64,000 nt of DNA from Obrimoposthia wandeli (taxonomy: Eukaryota): contig CDROCS010001089.1 in assembly GCA_977020255.1 (NCBI GenBank), forward strand, positions 558,001-622,000. Direction: 5' to 3'. This document shows positions 9,526-22,401 of the stretch, one piece after another. The translations under genes were made by a program, and so were the position numbers. Numbering within the stretch: the first letter of the stretch is position 1; each line of letters opens with the position of its first letter. Under the pieces are notes generated by a model that was not told the origin of the DNA, did no database searches, and worked only from the letters and a program-made list of their open reading frames with translations.

Positions 9526-9942
9526 ATGAGTACATTATATTATTATCTGCTGCTAAGTGGTGCCTTAACTTTATTGTTGTGGGTACCTTATATATTAGCG
9601 CGGGTGTTTGTTTGGGGCTTACCTACTTTTCTCAATAATTACCCACAAGGCTTTCCTGCTAAGCAGCCTGAGTCGTCGTTATGGGCACAAAGGGCACAAC
9701 GTGCACATTTGAATATGGTAGAAACAATGCCAGCATTCATTGCAGTGGTGCTAGCAGCGGGAACGCTTGCCAGTGAAACGTTGTTAGTAACGCTTGGTTT
9801 TTGGGCAGGGTTGTTCTTTTATGCACGCGTTGTGTATGCCGTAGTATATATTTTAGGTTTGCCTTACTTGCGTACGCCAGTGTATTTAGTATCGTGGCCA
9901 GCGGTGCTGGCTATCGGTTATCAGGTGTTTGTAGCGCTGTAA
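9526..9942 (+). CDS. MAPEG family membrane protein
   Basis: WAQRAQRAHLNMVETMP and FYARVVYA motifs. Confidence 0.85.
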   Translation: MSTLYYYLLLSGALTLLLWVPYILARVFVWGLPTFLNNYPQGFPAKQPESSLWAQRAQRAHLNMVETMPAFIAVVLAAGTLASETLLVTLGFWAGLFFYARVVYAVVYILGLPYLRTPVYLVSWPAVLAIGYQVFVAL

Positions 9943-9964
9943 TTTATTACTAAGAAGCACCCAT

Positions 9965-9995
9965 AAAAAAGCAGCCAATTGGCTGCTTCTTTTTT
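9965..9995. terminator. Bidirectional terminator between MAPEG gene and gyrB
   Basis: AAGCAGCC-AATT-GGCTGCTT with A-run on the left and T-run on the right. Confidence 0.85.
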
Positions 9996-9997
9996 AC

Positions 9998-10060
9998 ATA
10001 TCATTCGATATGAGATTATATATCACACTTATGAGACGATATCTCATTCGATATGAGATT
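9998..10060. repeat. Three imperfect ~21-bp tandem units with TATGAGAY core (17-bp exact repeat at 10001-10017 and 10044-10060)
   Basis: TCATTCGATATGAGATT occurs twice; ATGAGAY starts at 10010, 10031 and 10053. Confidence 0.8.
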
Positions 10061-10072
10061 TGACACAGATCT

Positions 10073-12496
<2,424 letters not shown>

Positions 12497-12594
12497 CTAG
12501 CTCGTGTGGGTAAACTGCGATTACTATCGCATCCCTGCAAAATTCTTTAGATAACCAGTTGTCGTTATCTCTATGTGTTCAGCCAAAGGGTGAT

Positions 12595-13677
12595 TTAAAC
12601 CAGTTGGCCTTCTTTAATCTCAAAACTTTGTACTTGTGTGGTGCTATTCCAGTAACTCATGAGTGTGGTAGGTTCAACACACGTGATAAAACACTGGCTG
12701 TTAGTTTGTTCTAAGAACTGGCAAAACAGTTGGCAGTGCTGCGCATCTAGCTCAGAGGGCAAATCATCTATCAAGTAAATGCAGCTGTCCTCTTTGTGCT
12801 GGTTGTAAACGGTTCCTTGTGCTAGCTTAAGGGCGCTCACCACTAACTTTTTTTGCCCGCGAGATAAGCGCTCACTAGCGCTTACTCCATCAATTTTTAT
12901 ACGCATATCAGCGCGTTGTGGCCCTGCTGCGGTATATCCTTGCTTTAAATCTCGCGGTAATTGCTCTTCTAATAACTCGTCTAACGCGCGCTTTTGATCC
13001 CAACCCGGTGAGAACGATAAGCTCAAATCTACCTCGCCCATCAACCTTTGGCTGATGGCTAAAAAATCGGGTAATAGTTGGTTTATATAGCGCTGGCGCA
13101 TATCGGTAATCTGCTGAGCATGCTTTACAAATTCAGCATCCCAGACACGGCGAATTTGAGGATCTATTTTACCACACTTTAGAAGAGAATTACGCTGTTG
13201 TAACACACGTTTAAAGCTTCTCCAGGCCTGAATATAGCCTTGGTCTGCATGAAAGCTACCCCAATCGATAAACTGGCGTCTAATTGATGGGCTTCCCTCT
13301 AAAATTTGGAAGGTATCAGTGTTAATAACTAGAAGCGGTACTAGGCTTGCCAACTGCGAAATGTCAATATTTGCACCGTTGTGGCGAATACTAACCGAGC
13401 CACTAAGATCACGGCTTACACCAAGCGGTTGGTGATTTACTTGCGCTTCTTGTTGAAGTTGCGCAAAGACCAGCGATTCTTTTTGATCATGAGTAACAAA
13501 ATAGGGAAACTTGCGCGTGCGAAAGGAGCGCGTCAGTCCTAAAAAGTTGATAGCTTCCAATAGGGAAGTTTTGCCACTGCCATTAGCGCCGTAAATAAGA
13601 TTTACATTGGCTGAAGGGGCAAGTTCAACTTGAGATAGATTGCGAATATTTTGGATTTTGAGTGATTTAATCGCCAT
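12595..13677 (-). CDS. recF: DNA replication/repair protein RecF
   Basis: GANGSGKTS, LSRGQKK, LIDDLPSELD; position in dnaA-dnaN-recF-gyrB. Confidence 0.98.
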   Translation of the reverse strand: MAIKSLKIQNIRNLSQVELAPSANVNLIYGANGSGKTSLLEAINFLGLTRSFRTRKFPYFVTHDQKESLVFAQLQQEAQVNHQPLGVSRDLSGSVSIRHNGANIDISQLASLVPLLVINTDTFQILEGSPSIRRQFIDWGSFHADQGYIQAWRSFKRVLQQRNSLLKCGKIDPQIRRVWDAEFVKHAQQITDMRQRYINQLLPDFLAISQRLMGEVDLSLSFSPGWDQKRALDELLEEQLPRDLKQGYTAAGPQRADMRIKIDGVSASERLSRGQKKLVVSALKLAQGTVYNQHKEDSCIYLIDDLPSELDAQHCQLFCQFLEQTNSQCFITCVEPTTLMSYWNSTTQVQSFEIKEGQLV

Positions 13678-13771
13678 TATTCACTCAATTTCAGCAGCTA
13701 ACATTACTAAGCACTTATAGAAAGACCACAATAACAGGTTAATTATGTTGGGTTGTATAAAGAAATATAAC

Positions 13772-13808
13772 GCTTCTGGTTTGCGCAAAGCATGTTTAAA
13801 CCAGAAGC
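13772..13808 (-). terminator. Hairpin between dnaN and recF
   Basis: GCTTCTGGTTT / AAACCAGAAGC 11-bp stem, long loop, 21 bp after the dnaN stop. Confidence 0.5.
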
Positions 13809-13829
13809 ATATATTGTGTGTAAACCAGA

Positions 13830-14933
13830 TTACATGCGCATTGGCATAACAACAAACACACTACCTTCTTCGTCATAGCCTTCTACTAATGCACTGCTGT
13901 TTGAATCAGAGAGGGTGAAACGCACAATGTCAGAATTGATAATAGATAGCACATCAATCAAGTAGTTTACGTTGAAGCCAATTTCTAGAGAATCGCCTTG
14001 GTAATCAATCGCAATGGTTTCTTCTGCTTCTTCTTGCTCTGGGTTGTTTGCCATGACCTTTAAGAAACCGCTGGTCAGTGTCAAACGTACGCCACGGTAT
14101 TTTTCATTGGATAAGATAGCAATACGGCTAAATACTTGGCGCAACTCCTGGCGGTTACCTAACACTAATTTGTCGCCGCCACGGGGAATAACACGTTGGT
14201 AATCAGGAAATTTCCCATCAACTAGTTTAGATGTAAAAATAAAATTATTTACATAAGCGCGAATATGACTAGGGCTAACGACCAGTTTTATAGGGTTGTC
14301 ACCGCCCTGTAATAGGCGTGCCATTTCTAAAATACCTTTGCGCGGAATGATGATCTGCTCAGCGGTTTCGTTGGCTGTTTCGGCAACCGATACACTGGTT
14401 GCTAAACGGTGTCCGTCAGTCGCAACGGTACGTAACATGCCATCGCTGACTTCAATCATCATGCCGTTCAAGTAATAGCGAACATCTTGTTGCGCCATCG
14501 AAAAACCAGTTTGATCAATTAAGTGGCGCATTTTATCTTGCGACAAGCTCAGCTCGTAGCTCTGTTCAGAATCTTCTACATTGGGAAATTCTGTGGCAGG
14601 TAAAGTGGTTAAACTAAAGCGGCTGCGCCCAGCTTTGATGATAACTTTAACGTCATCAAGCTTCATTTCGATAATAGCGTTATCTGGCAGTGATTTACAA
14701 ATATCCATCAACTTACGCGCAGGTACTGTGATAGAGCCTGCCTCAGCAGGTTCGTTTAACTCTACATGGCCCACTAATTCAACTTCAAGATCAGTACCCG
14801 TCATCGAAAGTTGATCACCTTCAGCACTGAGTAAGATATTGGATAATACCGGTAAAGTCTGACGACGTTCAACAACACCTGCTACCAGTTGTAATGGTTT
14901 GATAAGTGCTTCACGGGAAATGACAAATCTCAT
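13830..14933 (-). CDS. dnaN: DNA polymerase III beta sliding clamp
   Basis: QTLPVLSN, QQDVRYYLNG, ATDGHRLA, VVMPMR. Confidence 0.99.
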   Translation of the reverse strand: MRFVISREALIKPLQLVAGVVERRQTLPVLSNILLSAEGDQLSMTGTDLEVELVGHVELNEPAEAGSITVPARKLMDICKSLPDNAIIEMKLDDVKVIIKAGRSRFSLTTLPATEFPNVEDSEQSYELSLSQDKMRHLIDQTGFSMAQQDVRYYLNGMMIEVSDGMLRTVATDGHRLATSVSVAETANETAEQIIIPRKGILEMARLLQGGDNPIKLVVSPSHIRAYVNNFIFTSKLVDGKFPDYQRVIPRGGDKLVLGNRQELRQVFSRIAILSNEKYRGVRLTLTSGFLKVMANNPEQEEAEETIAIDYQGDSLEIGFNVNYLIDVLSIINSDIVRFTLSDSNSSALVEGYDEEGSVFVVMPMRM

Positions 14934-14957
14934 GTTTTCGCTACCCTTCTAATCAAG

Positions 14958-16442
14958 TTACGCCGTTAAGTGGCGCAGTAGATTTTGATAATCTTCACGG
15001 ATATCCGCATCGGATTCACGCAATTCTTTAATTTTACGACAAGCATGTAACACTGTAGTGTGATCTCTGCCACCGAAAGCATCGCCAATTTCCGGTAGGG
15101 AATGGTTGGTTAATTCTTTGGCTAAGCTCATTGCTACTTGTCTCGGTCTTGCCACCGAGCGATTACGTCTTTTAGAAAGCAAATCCGAAATCTTAATTTT
15201 ATAATATTCTGCTACAACTCTTTGTATATTATCAATACTAACTTGTTTATCTTGTAAAGCTAGTAAGTCTTTCAAAGATTCTTTAATAAAGGCGGTAGTA
15301 ATCGCGTTGCCGGTGAAGTGGGCATTGGCGATAACTCTCTTTAAAGCGCCTTCTAATTCACGTACGTTTGAACGGATTTTCTGTGCTAAAAAGAACGCTG
15401 CATCATCCGGTAGCATTACGCCGGCTTCCTGTGCTTTTTTCATCACAATCGCAACACGCGTTTCAAGTTCAGGGGGTTCTACTGCAACGGTTAAGCCCCA
15501 GCCAAACCTAGATTTTAAGCGATCCTCAACACCGACAATTTCTTTAGGATAACGATCACTGGTTAAAATCATTTGCTGTCCGCCTTCTAGCAAGGCGTTG
15601 AACGTATGGAAAAACTCTTCTTGAGAACGCTCTTTTCCGGCAAAAAATTGAATATCATCAATAAGCAGTGCATCAACTGAGCGATAATAACGCTTAAAGT
15701 CGTTAATAGCGTTTAACTGCAACGCTTTGACCATATCGGCGACAAAGCGCTCTGAGTGCAAATAAATAATGCGAGCGCTAGGGTTTTTCTTTAACAGTTC
15801 CATGCCCACAGCGTGCATTAAGTGAGTCTTACCTAAACCGACACCACCGTATATAAACAGTGGGTTGTAAGAGCCGCCCGGGTTGTCGCTTACTTGTTGA
15901 GCTGCCGCCAACGCTAATTGATTTGACTTGCCTTGTACGAAAGAGTCAAACGTAAATGCCTCGTTGAGATTGGATTGATGACGCAAGCCTCCTTCCACAT
16001 CAACTACTCTCTGGCTTCTGCCATAATCACCTACGTCTAGCTCTAGCTGAGGTGCCGGTTCATTATAGCTGCGAGCGATAGGGGCCGGTACTGGTACAGG
16101 ATCGTCTCTATGTGACTGAAAATTCTGGTTCAAGCTTACCCGAGGAGAAGGTCGGATACGAGGTTGTACTATTGGCATACTAATAGGCGACGCTGCGGTG
16201 TTTTGGCGTATCTCAATACGCACTACAAAACCTGGGTCGTTAAGCACATCACAAACCACTTGTGAAATACGTGACAAAAATTTGTCATTTACCCAGTCGC
16301 GTACAAAGCGATTAGGTGCAATCAATATCAAAGTGGAGTTAGCTACTTCTGCTTGTAGCGGTCTTATCCAGGTATTGAATTGCTGAGCGGGGAATTCATT
16401 TTGCAAGCTTTGCAAGCAGCGATCCCACAACTCTATTGACAT
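14958..16442 (-). CDS. dnaA: Chromosomal replication initiator DnaA
   Basis: [44 protein letters not shown]. Confidence 0.99.
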   Translation of the reverse strand: MSIELWDRCLQSLQNEFPAQQFNTWIRPLQAEVANSTLILIAPNRFVRDWVNDKFLSRISQVVCDVLNDPGFVVRIEIRQNTAASPISMPIVQPRIRPSPRVSLNQNFQSHRDDPVPVPAPIARSYNEPAPQLELDVGDYGRSQRVVDVEGGLRHQSNLNEAFTFDSFVQGKSNQLALAAAQQVSDNPGGSYNPLFIYGGVGLGKTHLMHAVGMELLKKNPSARIIYLHSERFVADMVKALQLNAINDFKRYYRSVDALLIDDIQFFAGKERSQEEFFHTFNALLEGGQQMILTSDRYPKEIVGVEDRLKSRFGWGLTVAVEPPELETRVAIVMKKAQEAGVMLPDDAAFFLAQKIRSNVRELEGALKRVIANAHFTGNAITTAFIKESLKDLLALQDKQVSIDNIQRVVAEYYKIKISDLLSKRRNRSVARPRQVAMSLAKELTNHSLPEIGDAFGGRDHTTVLHACRKIKELRESDADIREDYQNLLRHLTA

Positions 16443-16915
16443 AAAACGCGCTCCAAGAAAAATTAGTTATTAGCATTGGCGTAGAATTAGAAGTGACGCT
16501 TTAGCCAGTGTAATAATGAAAGGCGCATTCTACCTTTCTTCTTTTAGGTTATCCACATATTCACAATTTATTTTCGAAATATCTGTATTTTCTTTTCAAT
16601 TGTGTTGATAATGCTGCCAAATTGACTGCTTTTTTGTCAAAATAATGCTGTTTTTTAATAAATAACGAGTTATTATAGTACTTATCAACAGGCCAACTTA
16701 TTGTATTTGTTTGTATTTATTTGCTTACCAACAATAAAATGGTGGGTTGGGAAGCATAATAGCTCTTTTTACAGACCTTTCAGCTAGTGCAATTAATTGC
16801 ATTATATTCAGAAAAAGGTTTGATATAAACAGAAAAATTCTATAAAATTTCGCGACTAAATTTTGCTATGTGGGCATCAGGCCACTAAACAAATAATCGT
16901 TCAGAGGACTGACAA
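16443..16915. promoter_or_regulatory. dnaA-rpmH divergent region with DnaA boxes (probable oriC / dnaA promoter)
   Basis: Perfect TTATCCACA at 16549-16557; 1-mismatch boxes at 16557-16565, 16603-16611 (rev) and 16682-16690; 2-mismatch box at 16725-16733; very AT-rich 16561-16680; I saw no GATC sites. Confidence 0.8.
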
Positions 16916-17050
16916 ATGAAAAGAACTTTCCAACCTAGCGTTTTAAAGCGTGCACGTACTCATGGTTTCCGCGCTCGTATGGCGACAAAAAGTGGCCGTG
17001 CGATTATCAATCGCCGTCGTGCAAAGGGTCGTAAGAAGCTTTCCGCTTAA
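16916..17050 (+). CDS. rpmH: 50S ribosomal protein L34 (not in ORF track)
   Basis: Manual translation [44 protein letters not shown]; RBS GAGGA upstream. Confidence 0.99.
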   Translation: MKRTFQPSVLKRARTHGFRARMATKSGRAIINRRRAKGRKKLSA

Positions 17051-17070
17051 TATCGCGGAATAAAAGAGCT

Positions 17071-17439
17071 ATGCAAAACTATCCCCGCTCCTTAAGATTA
17101 TTATCTGGCGGGGATTTTCAAAAAGTTTTCGACGCAGTTGAAATCAAAGTACCAGATCAGCGCATTTTAATCCTTTCCCGCGCCAATGGACTCGATCATC
17201 CTAGAATCGGCTTCATCATTTCTAAAAAGAATATTCGCCACGCAGTGAACCGTAATTTAGTTAGACGTGTTATGCGCGAATCATTTCGTCTCAATCAAGA
17301 AAACTTACCCGCACATGACATGATAATTATGGCACGTAAAGGTGCTGGAGAGATAAGCTCAGAAGAGCTACATCGCCTGGCAAAGAAATGTTGGTCTCGA
17401 TTAAACAAAAAAGCTAAACAAGCAAATTCTGCAAAATAA
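17071..17439 (+). CDS. rnpA: Ribonuclease P protein component
   Basis: YPRSLRL, RIGFIISKKNIRHAVNRNLVRR. Confidence 0.97.
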   Translation: MQNYPRSLRLLSGGDFQKVFDAVEIKVPDQRILILSRANGLDHPRIGFIISKKNIRHAVNRNLVRRVMRESFRLNQENLPAHDMIIMARKGAGEISSEELHRLAKKCWSRLNKKAKQANSAK

Positions 17440-17453
17440 GGGTTGTAAATTCC

Positions 17454-19112
17454 ATGGATTTTCAGCGAATCATTTTAGGTTCCACGCTAGCAGTTATTAC
17501 TTATATGCTGGTATTACAGTGGAATGAAGATTACGGCACTAAACCAGTTACAGCAGAGCACAGCGTCACAGTTTCTGCTTATGGTAGTACCGATAAAACA
17601 GCGACAGGTGATTTACCTGCCACATTAAAAGCAGCAGCCGAAATACCTGCTAAAGCTGCAGTAGCAGTGGCTGATGTCACCACAAATGGTCAATTAATCA
17701 GTGTTAAAACTGATGTTCTTAATGTAATTATTGATAGCAAAGGCGGTGACATAATTGAAGTCAGCCTGCCTAAGCAAAAAGCGCAGCTAGGACAAGATTT
17801 ACCTTTTGTTTTATTAGAGCAAAATGCTGAGCGTACCTATATTGCGCAAAGTGGTTTAGTGGGTGCAAATGGCCCAGATGCAGATAAAGATGGCCGCCCT
17901 ACCTACACGACAAGTAGCACTGATTATACGCTAACAGGTGAGACCCTTGAAGTAGACTTAAACTTCACTAAAGATGGTGTAAACATCATTAAGCGTTTTA
18001 CCTTTTCAGAAGGTAAATTTGCCGTTGCTGTTAACTATCTAATCGACAACCAATCTAGCCAAAACTGGCAAGCTAGCTTATTTGCACAAATTAAGCGTGG
18101 TAACTTTGGTGACCCAACTAGCCAAACTGAAATGGGCATGCAATCATACTTAGGACCAGTGTTTTCAACGGTTGAAGATAACTACCAGAAATATGATTTT
18201 GACGATATAGATGAAGCAAACTACAACAAGAAGACCTTAGATGGTTGGGTAGCGATGGTTCAGCACTATTTTGTGAGTGCATGGGTACCTGCTCCAGGGG
18301 CAGAGTACACCTACAGTACGCGTAAATCAGGTAACAACTACATTGCGGGTTTTGTTTCACCGACTATTGACGTTGCAGCTGGCTCGACCGCGGATGTGTC
18401 TGCCACATTCTTTGCCGGTCCCAAAGATCAAGCGCAAATGGAAGCGACGGCACCTGCGCTTAAGCTAACCGTTGATTATGGTTGGTTGTGGTGGATTGCT
18501 TCACCGTTGTATTGGTTACTAACAACTATTCACGGTTTCCTAGGTAACTGGGGCTTAGCGATCATTGGTATTACCATGACCGTAAAAGCTGCACTGTTCC
18601 ACCTTAACGCCAAAGCCTTTAGATCAATGGCTAAAATGCGTAAGTTTGGTCCTGTGATTGCAAGCTTGAAAGAAAAGCACGGCGAAGATAAGCAGAAGAT
18701 GTCTAAGGAAATGATGGAGCTCTATAAAAAAGAGAAAATCAATCCACTAGGCGGCTGTTTACCTATTGTTGCTCAAATGCCAATCTTTATTGCACTGTAT
18801 TGGGTATTGATGGAATCCGTTGAGCTGCGCCATGCAAGCTTCTTATACATCAATGATTTATCAGTACAAGATCCGTACTTCATCCTACCTATTTTGATGG
18901 GTGCGAGTATGTTTATTCAGCAATCGCTTAACCCTGCGCCGCCAGATCCAATGCAGGCGAAGATCATGAAAATGTTACCTATCATTTTCACTTTCTTCTT
19001 CTTATGGTTCCCAGCAGGACTAACATTGTACTGGGTAGTAAACAACGTGTTGTCAATTGCGCAACAGTATGTGATCAACAAGCAGATCGAAAAAGAACCT
19101 AGCAAAAGCTAA
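17454..19112 (+). CDS. yidC: Membrane protein insertase YidC
   Basis: VDYGWLW, GNWGLAII, NPLGGCLP, DPYFILP, PAGLTLYW. Confidence 0.99.
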   Translation: MDFQRIILGSTLAVITYMLVLQWNEDYGTKPVTAEHSVTVSAYGSTDKTATGDLPATLKAAAEIPAKAAVAVADVTTNGQLISVKTDVLNVIIDSKGGDIIEVSLPKQKAQLGQDLPFVLLEQNAERTYIAQSGLVGANGPDADKDGRPTYTTSSTDYTLTGETLEVDLNFTKDGVNIIKRFTFSEGKFAVAVNYLIDNQSSQNWQASLFAQIKRGNFGDPTSQTEMGMQSYLGPVFSTVEDNYQKYDFDDIDEANYNKKTLDGWVAMVQHYFVSAWVPAPGAEYTYSTRKSGNNYIAGFVSPTIDVAAGSTADVSATFFAGPKDQAQMEATAPALKLTVDYGWLWWIASPLYWLLTTIHGFLGNWGLAIIGITMTVKAALFHLNAKAFRSMAKMRKFGPVIASLKEKHGEDKQKMSKEMMELYKKEKINPLGGCLPIVAQMPIFIALYWVLMESVELRHASFLYINDLSVQDPYFILPILMGASMFIQQSLNPAPPDPMQAKIMKMLPIIFTFFFLWFPAGLTLYWVVNNVLSIAQQYVINKQIEKEPSKS

Positions 19113-19138
19113 ACGCTAAGTTGATGACTACTGATCAA

Positions 19139-19166
19139 AAACAAGGCTCCTTCGGGAGCCTTGTTT
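19139..19166 (+). terminator. Intrinsic terminator after yidC
   Basis: Perfect 12-bp stem AAACAAGGCTCC / GGAGCCTTGTTT with TTCG tetraloop. Confidence 0.9.
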
Positions 19167-19204
19167 GTATTTAAGCTGAAATTATTTAACAAGGAATACC
19201 TCAT

Positions 19205-20572
19205 ATGCCTACTACGTCTCAAGATACTATTGCCGCTCAAGCAACAGCGCCGGGCCGTGGAGGCGTAGGTATTATTCGCGTATCCGGACCAAAAGCGGCA
19301 GCGATAGCCACTGCGGTTATTGGTGATTTACCAAAGCCTCGCTATGCACAGTATGGCCCTTTTCTAGATGAGAACGGGACCGAACTTGATGAAGGGATTG
19401 CGCTTTACTTCCCTGGACCAAACTCATTCACCGGCGAAGATGTGCTTGAGTTACAAGGACACGGCGGCCCAATAGTAATGGATTTTCTATTACAAAGAGT
19501 ACAAGCACTCGGCTGTCGATTGGCAAACCCTGGAGAGTTTTCTGAACGTGCTTTTTTAAATGACAAGCTAGATTTAGCACAGGCAGAAGCCATAGCTGAT
19601 TTAATTGATAGCTCTTCGCAACAAGCTGCTAAATGCGCACTGCGTTCTCTGCAAGGTGAGTTTTCCAAACGTATCTATACATTAGTGGAAAATCTCACTA
19701 ATTTACGCATTTACGTGGAAGCCGCGATCGATTTCCCCGAAGAAGAAATAGACTTTCTCGCTGACGGTATTGTGCAAGGGCGACTTGAAAAAATTATTGC
19801 CAACTTACACGCTGTTAAAGGTGAAGCGAAGCAAGGCAGCTTAATCAGAGAGGGCATGAACGTGGTTATTGCTGGTCGCCCAAATGCTGGTAAATCGAGC
19901 TTACTCAATGCATTAGCGGGTAAAGATGCTGCGATAGTGACTGATATCGCCGGTACTACAAGAGACGTGTTACGCGAGCATATCCATATCGATGGTATGC
20001 CTTTACACATTATCGATACCGCAGGCTTACGCGATGCCCCAGACGAAGTTGAGCGCATTGGCATCTCTAGAGCTTGGCAAGAAATTCAAGCGGCAGATCG
20101 TATTTTACTCATGGTAGATAGCACCCAAACGGCAGCGGATGATCCTCAGCAAATTTGGCCTGAATTTGTTGAGCAGTTAGAAGATGCCAGTAAAATCACT
20201 ATCATTCGCAATAAGGCAGATTTAACTGGCGAAGCGATTGGCATGCAAGTTGGTGAAGGCACCCCGCTAGTTAATTTATCTGCAAAAGCGGATTTAGGTA
20301 TCGACGTGTTGCGTGAGCACTTGAAAACGTGCATGGGATACCAGGCAACCGCTGAAGGTGGTTTTTTAGCAAGGCGCCGCCATTTAGATGCTATAGATAG
20401 AGCTGATAAGTTATTAGATTTAGGGCTAGCGCAACTGATCTACAATAATGCAGGAGAGCTTCTGGCAGAAGATTTACGCCAAGCACAACAAGCCTTGTCG
20501 GAAATCACGGGTGAAGTGAGTAGTGATGACTTGCTTGGTAAAATATTCTCTAGTTTCTGTATTGGTAAGTAA
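19205..20572 (+). CDS. mnmE: tRNA modification GTPase MnmE (TrmE)
   Basis: [38 protein letters not shown]. Confidence 0.99.
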   Translation: MPTTSQDTIAAQATAPGRGGVGIIRVSGPKAAAIATAVIGDLPKPRYAQYGPFLDENGTELDEGIALYFPGPNSFTGEDVLELQGHGGPIVMDFLLQRVQALGCRLANPGEFSERAFLNDKLDLAQAEAIADLIDSSSQQAAKCALRSLQGEFSKRIYTLVENLTNLRIYVEAAIDFPEEEIDFLADGIVQGRLEKIIANLHAVKGEAKQGSLIREGMNVVIAGRPNAGKSSLLNALAGKDAAIVTDIAGTTRDVLREHIHIDGMPLHIIDTAGLRDAPDEVERIGISRAWQEIQAADRILLMVDSTQTAADDPQQIWPEFVEQLEDASKITIIRNKADLTGEAIGMQVGEGTPLVNLSAKADLGIDVLREHLKTCMGYQATAEGGFLARRRHLDAIDRADKLLDLGLAQLIYNNAGELLAEDLRQAQQALSEITGEVSSDDLLGKIFSSFCIGK

Positions 20573-20863
20573 TAAAGGAAGGAATAAGAAACTAAAGGCA
20601 ATAAGTTCAGATAGTTAAACATTAATGCGCCGGCTACTTATTCTTTGTTATAACAATTTTGTCCCCGTATTTCCCTGTTTATGAGAAAATGGGGACAACA
20701 GGTTTGCTAAGTGTGGTTTAAATGATGCCACCAAATTGAGAGCATGCTTGTTTGCTTATTATGACAGGATAACAGGGTATAAAGAATCCACAGGCAAGCC
20801 GAACGACAGTGTGTGGATAAGTGCGGCCACACATTTACGTACTTATTATGAATACATGATATG
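20573..20863. promoter_or_regulatory. Second DnaA-box patch downstream of mnmE (oriC-like remnant)
   Basis: Perfect TGTGGATAA at 20812-20820; 2-mismatch boxes at 20712-20720, 20774-20782 and 20784-20792; inverted repeat TTGTCCCC/GGGGACAA at 20659-20698. Confidence 0.6.
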
Positions 20864-21289
20864 TTATTTTTCGCCTGAATATTGAGCAAAGACTTCTTCA
20901 CCAGTCATGTTTTTTGTTTTATTAGCGAAAGAGTAATATTGTGGCTGTTGATCAATGAATATTTGATGATCAAAGTGTAATTTAGATTCTGCGTCAAGTA
21001 ACCCAGCAGGCACGATATACTGGTTTTGTTCTTTTAGTCTATAGAAAAGATGAGTGCCACACATAGAGCAAAAGGCACGTTCGGCCCACTCAGAAGAATC
21101 AAATACGGTAATATTTTCTTTACCTTCAAAACGAACAGCACTCTTGCAATCAACTGCCAGTAATGGACCACCGTTCCATTTTCGACAAGAGTTGCAATGG
21201 CAAGCTCCAACCTTAGTATTCATTGACTGAGCGTGGATTTTAACAGCACCACATAAACAGCTTCCCTTTGCTTCGATATCTGAACTCAT
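20864..21289 (-). CDS. GFA/CENP-V family zinc-binding protein
   Basis: GSCLCGAV, CHCNSCRKW, RAFCSMCGTHLFY. Confidence 0.92.
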   Translation of the reverse strand: MSSDIEAKGSCLCGAVKIHAQSMNTKVGACHCNSCRKWNGGPLLAVDCKSAVRFEGKENITVFDSSEWAERAFCSMCGTHLFYRLKEQNQYIVPAGLLDAESKLHFDHQIFIDQQPQYYSFANKTKNMTGEEVFAQYSGEK

Positions 21290-21748
21290 TGTCCTGTCTC
21301 CTTAAATATGGATTTAAAAGTGAAATTGACCTATGTTTTATACAAAATATAGTTGTAAAAAAATACAGGTAAAATCACTAAAATGAACTAAGATAATTTA
21401 GTTGATTAGATTAGTTCATTAGGCTAGTTTGGCACAATGCAATGACAATAAGTGTCAGTAGGAAAGCAAACTGCGCGAAATTGACTTAAATAGCGGCTAT
21501 AGAATAGAAGGCGTTAATCACTAATGTTTCAATTTTTCTGATTTAACAGCAGAGATTTGATTAAAAGTAGTGAAACATAGCCAGCTAAAACTAATCTTTT
21601 CTATCACTAAGCCTTATTCACGAATGTGCAAGTGTCGTTTGTCGATATAGCGAGTGGGCTAAATTTGTGTCTCATATCGTTCATGGATATAGCTGTATCG
21701 TTACTCTTTGGTTTTATCTTCACAATTTAAATAACGTATTATCTTTGC

Positions 21749-22254
21749 TTATAGCCCAAAAAATAATACATTGATTATGGCAGAAAAATAGAGGTCTAAT
21801 CCAAAAACTACATGTGTTAATAAACTGCGAAATCGTGCAACATTTGGTTTAGGAGCCTTTGCTGCTGCAATGCCTAAACCCAAACAGAGCTGCATTATAA
21901 AATATGGGAAGGTTACGGTGAGTGCACCAAATGCAATTGCAGGTAGAATAGGTGGCTCCATCAACCAAGCATTTCCCGTAAACACCACTAGTACTGTCGC
22001 AAATATAAAGCCGATCAAATAGTGTGCTACCCAACCTACTACCGCTTCAACTGCAACTGGCTCAGCCTTAGTGATATCGTCATGACCAACTACCCCTCCA
22101 GGTATGTATGCTAACCAACGCCCCACCAGAGCATTATTAAGTGGTGCAATACCAAAAATACGTTGCAATAAAATAGCCCGAATATCTATGACCACGGTTG
22201 TACCAATACCAATAATTACAGCATTGGTAACTAGTTTAGAAAAGAATAATTCAT
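21749..22254 (-). pseudogene. DUF2938 family membrane protein, frameshifted near 5' end
   Basis: ATG at 22254 with RBS AGGCGG reads MNYSFLN-stop; conserved-looking LVTNAVIIGIGTTVV..., LVGRW, GWVAHYLIG, TFPYFIMQ, HVVFG are in another frame that has no start upstream of GTG 22195. Confidence 0.7.
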
Positions 22255-22300
22255 TAAATAATCCGCCTAAGTTGTATTTATAAAAAAATGTTCAAATTTA

Positions 22301-22329
22301 CAACTAATACCAAAGTTTGGTATTAGTTG
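22301..22329. repeat. Perfect 14-1-14 inverted repeat
   Basis: CAACTAATACCAAA-G-TTTGGTATTAGTTG. Confidence 0.9.
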
Positions 22330-22354
22330 GTGTTACCGTGCTAGCTCGTTATGA

Positions 22355-22381
22355 TTGCACTTCAAGTCGGCTTGAAATCAA
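22355..22381. promoter_or_regulatory. MerR-type dyad operator between DUF2938 and merR
   Basis: TTCAAG-TCGG-CTTGAA at 22361-22376, directly following a TTGATT -35-like hexamer on the minus strand. Confidence 0.7.
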
Positions 22382-22401
22382 GTATAAATGGCAAAAAATC
22401 T

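Noticed and set aside
10011-10047. Fur-box reading of the gyrB-downstream repeats
   Set aside because: At least four mismatches to the 7-1-7 Fur consensus, and no downstream iron-related gene.
20555-20572. mnmE 3' end TTCTGTATTGGTAAGTAA, matching the SGI1-type attB sequence
   Set aside because: It simply encodes the conserved FCIGK* terminus; I found no second copy and no integrase in the window, so there is no evidence of an integrated element.
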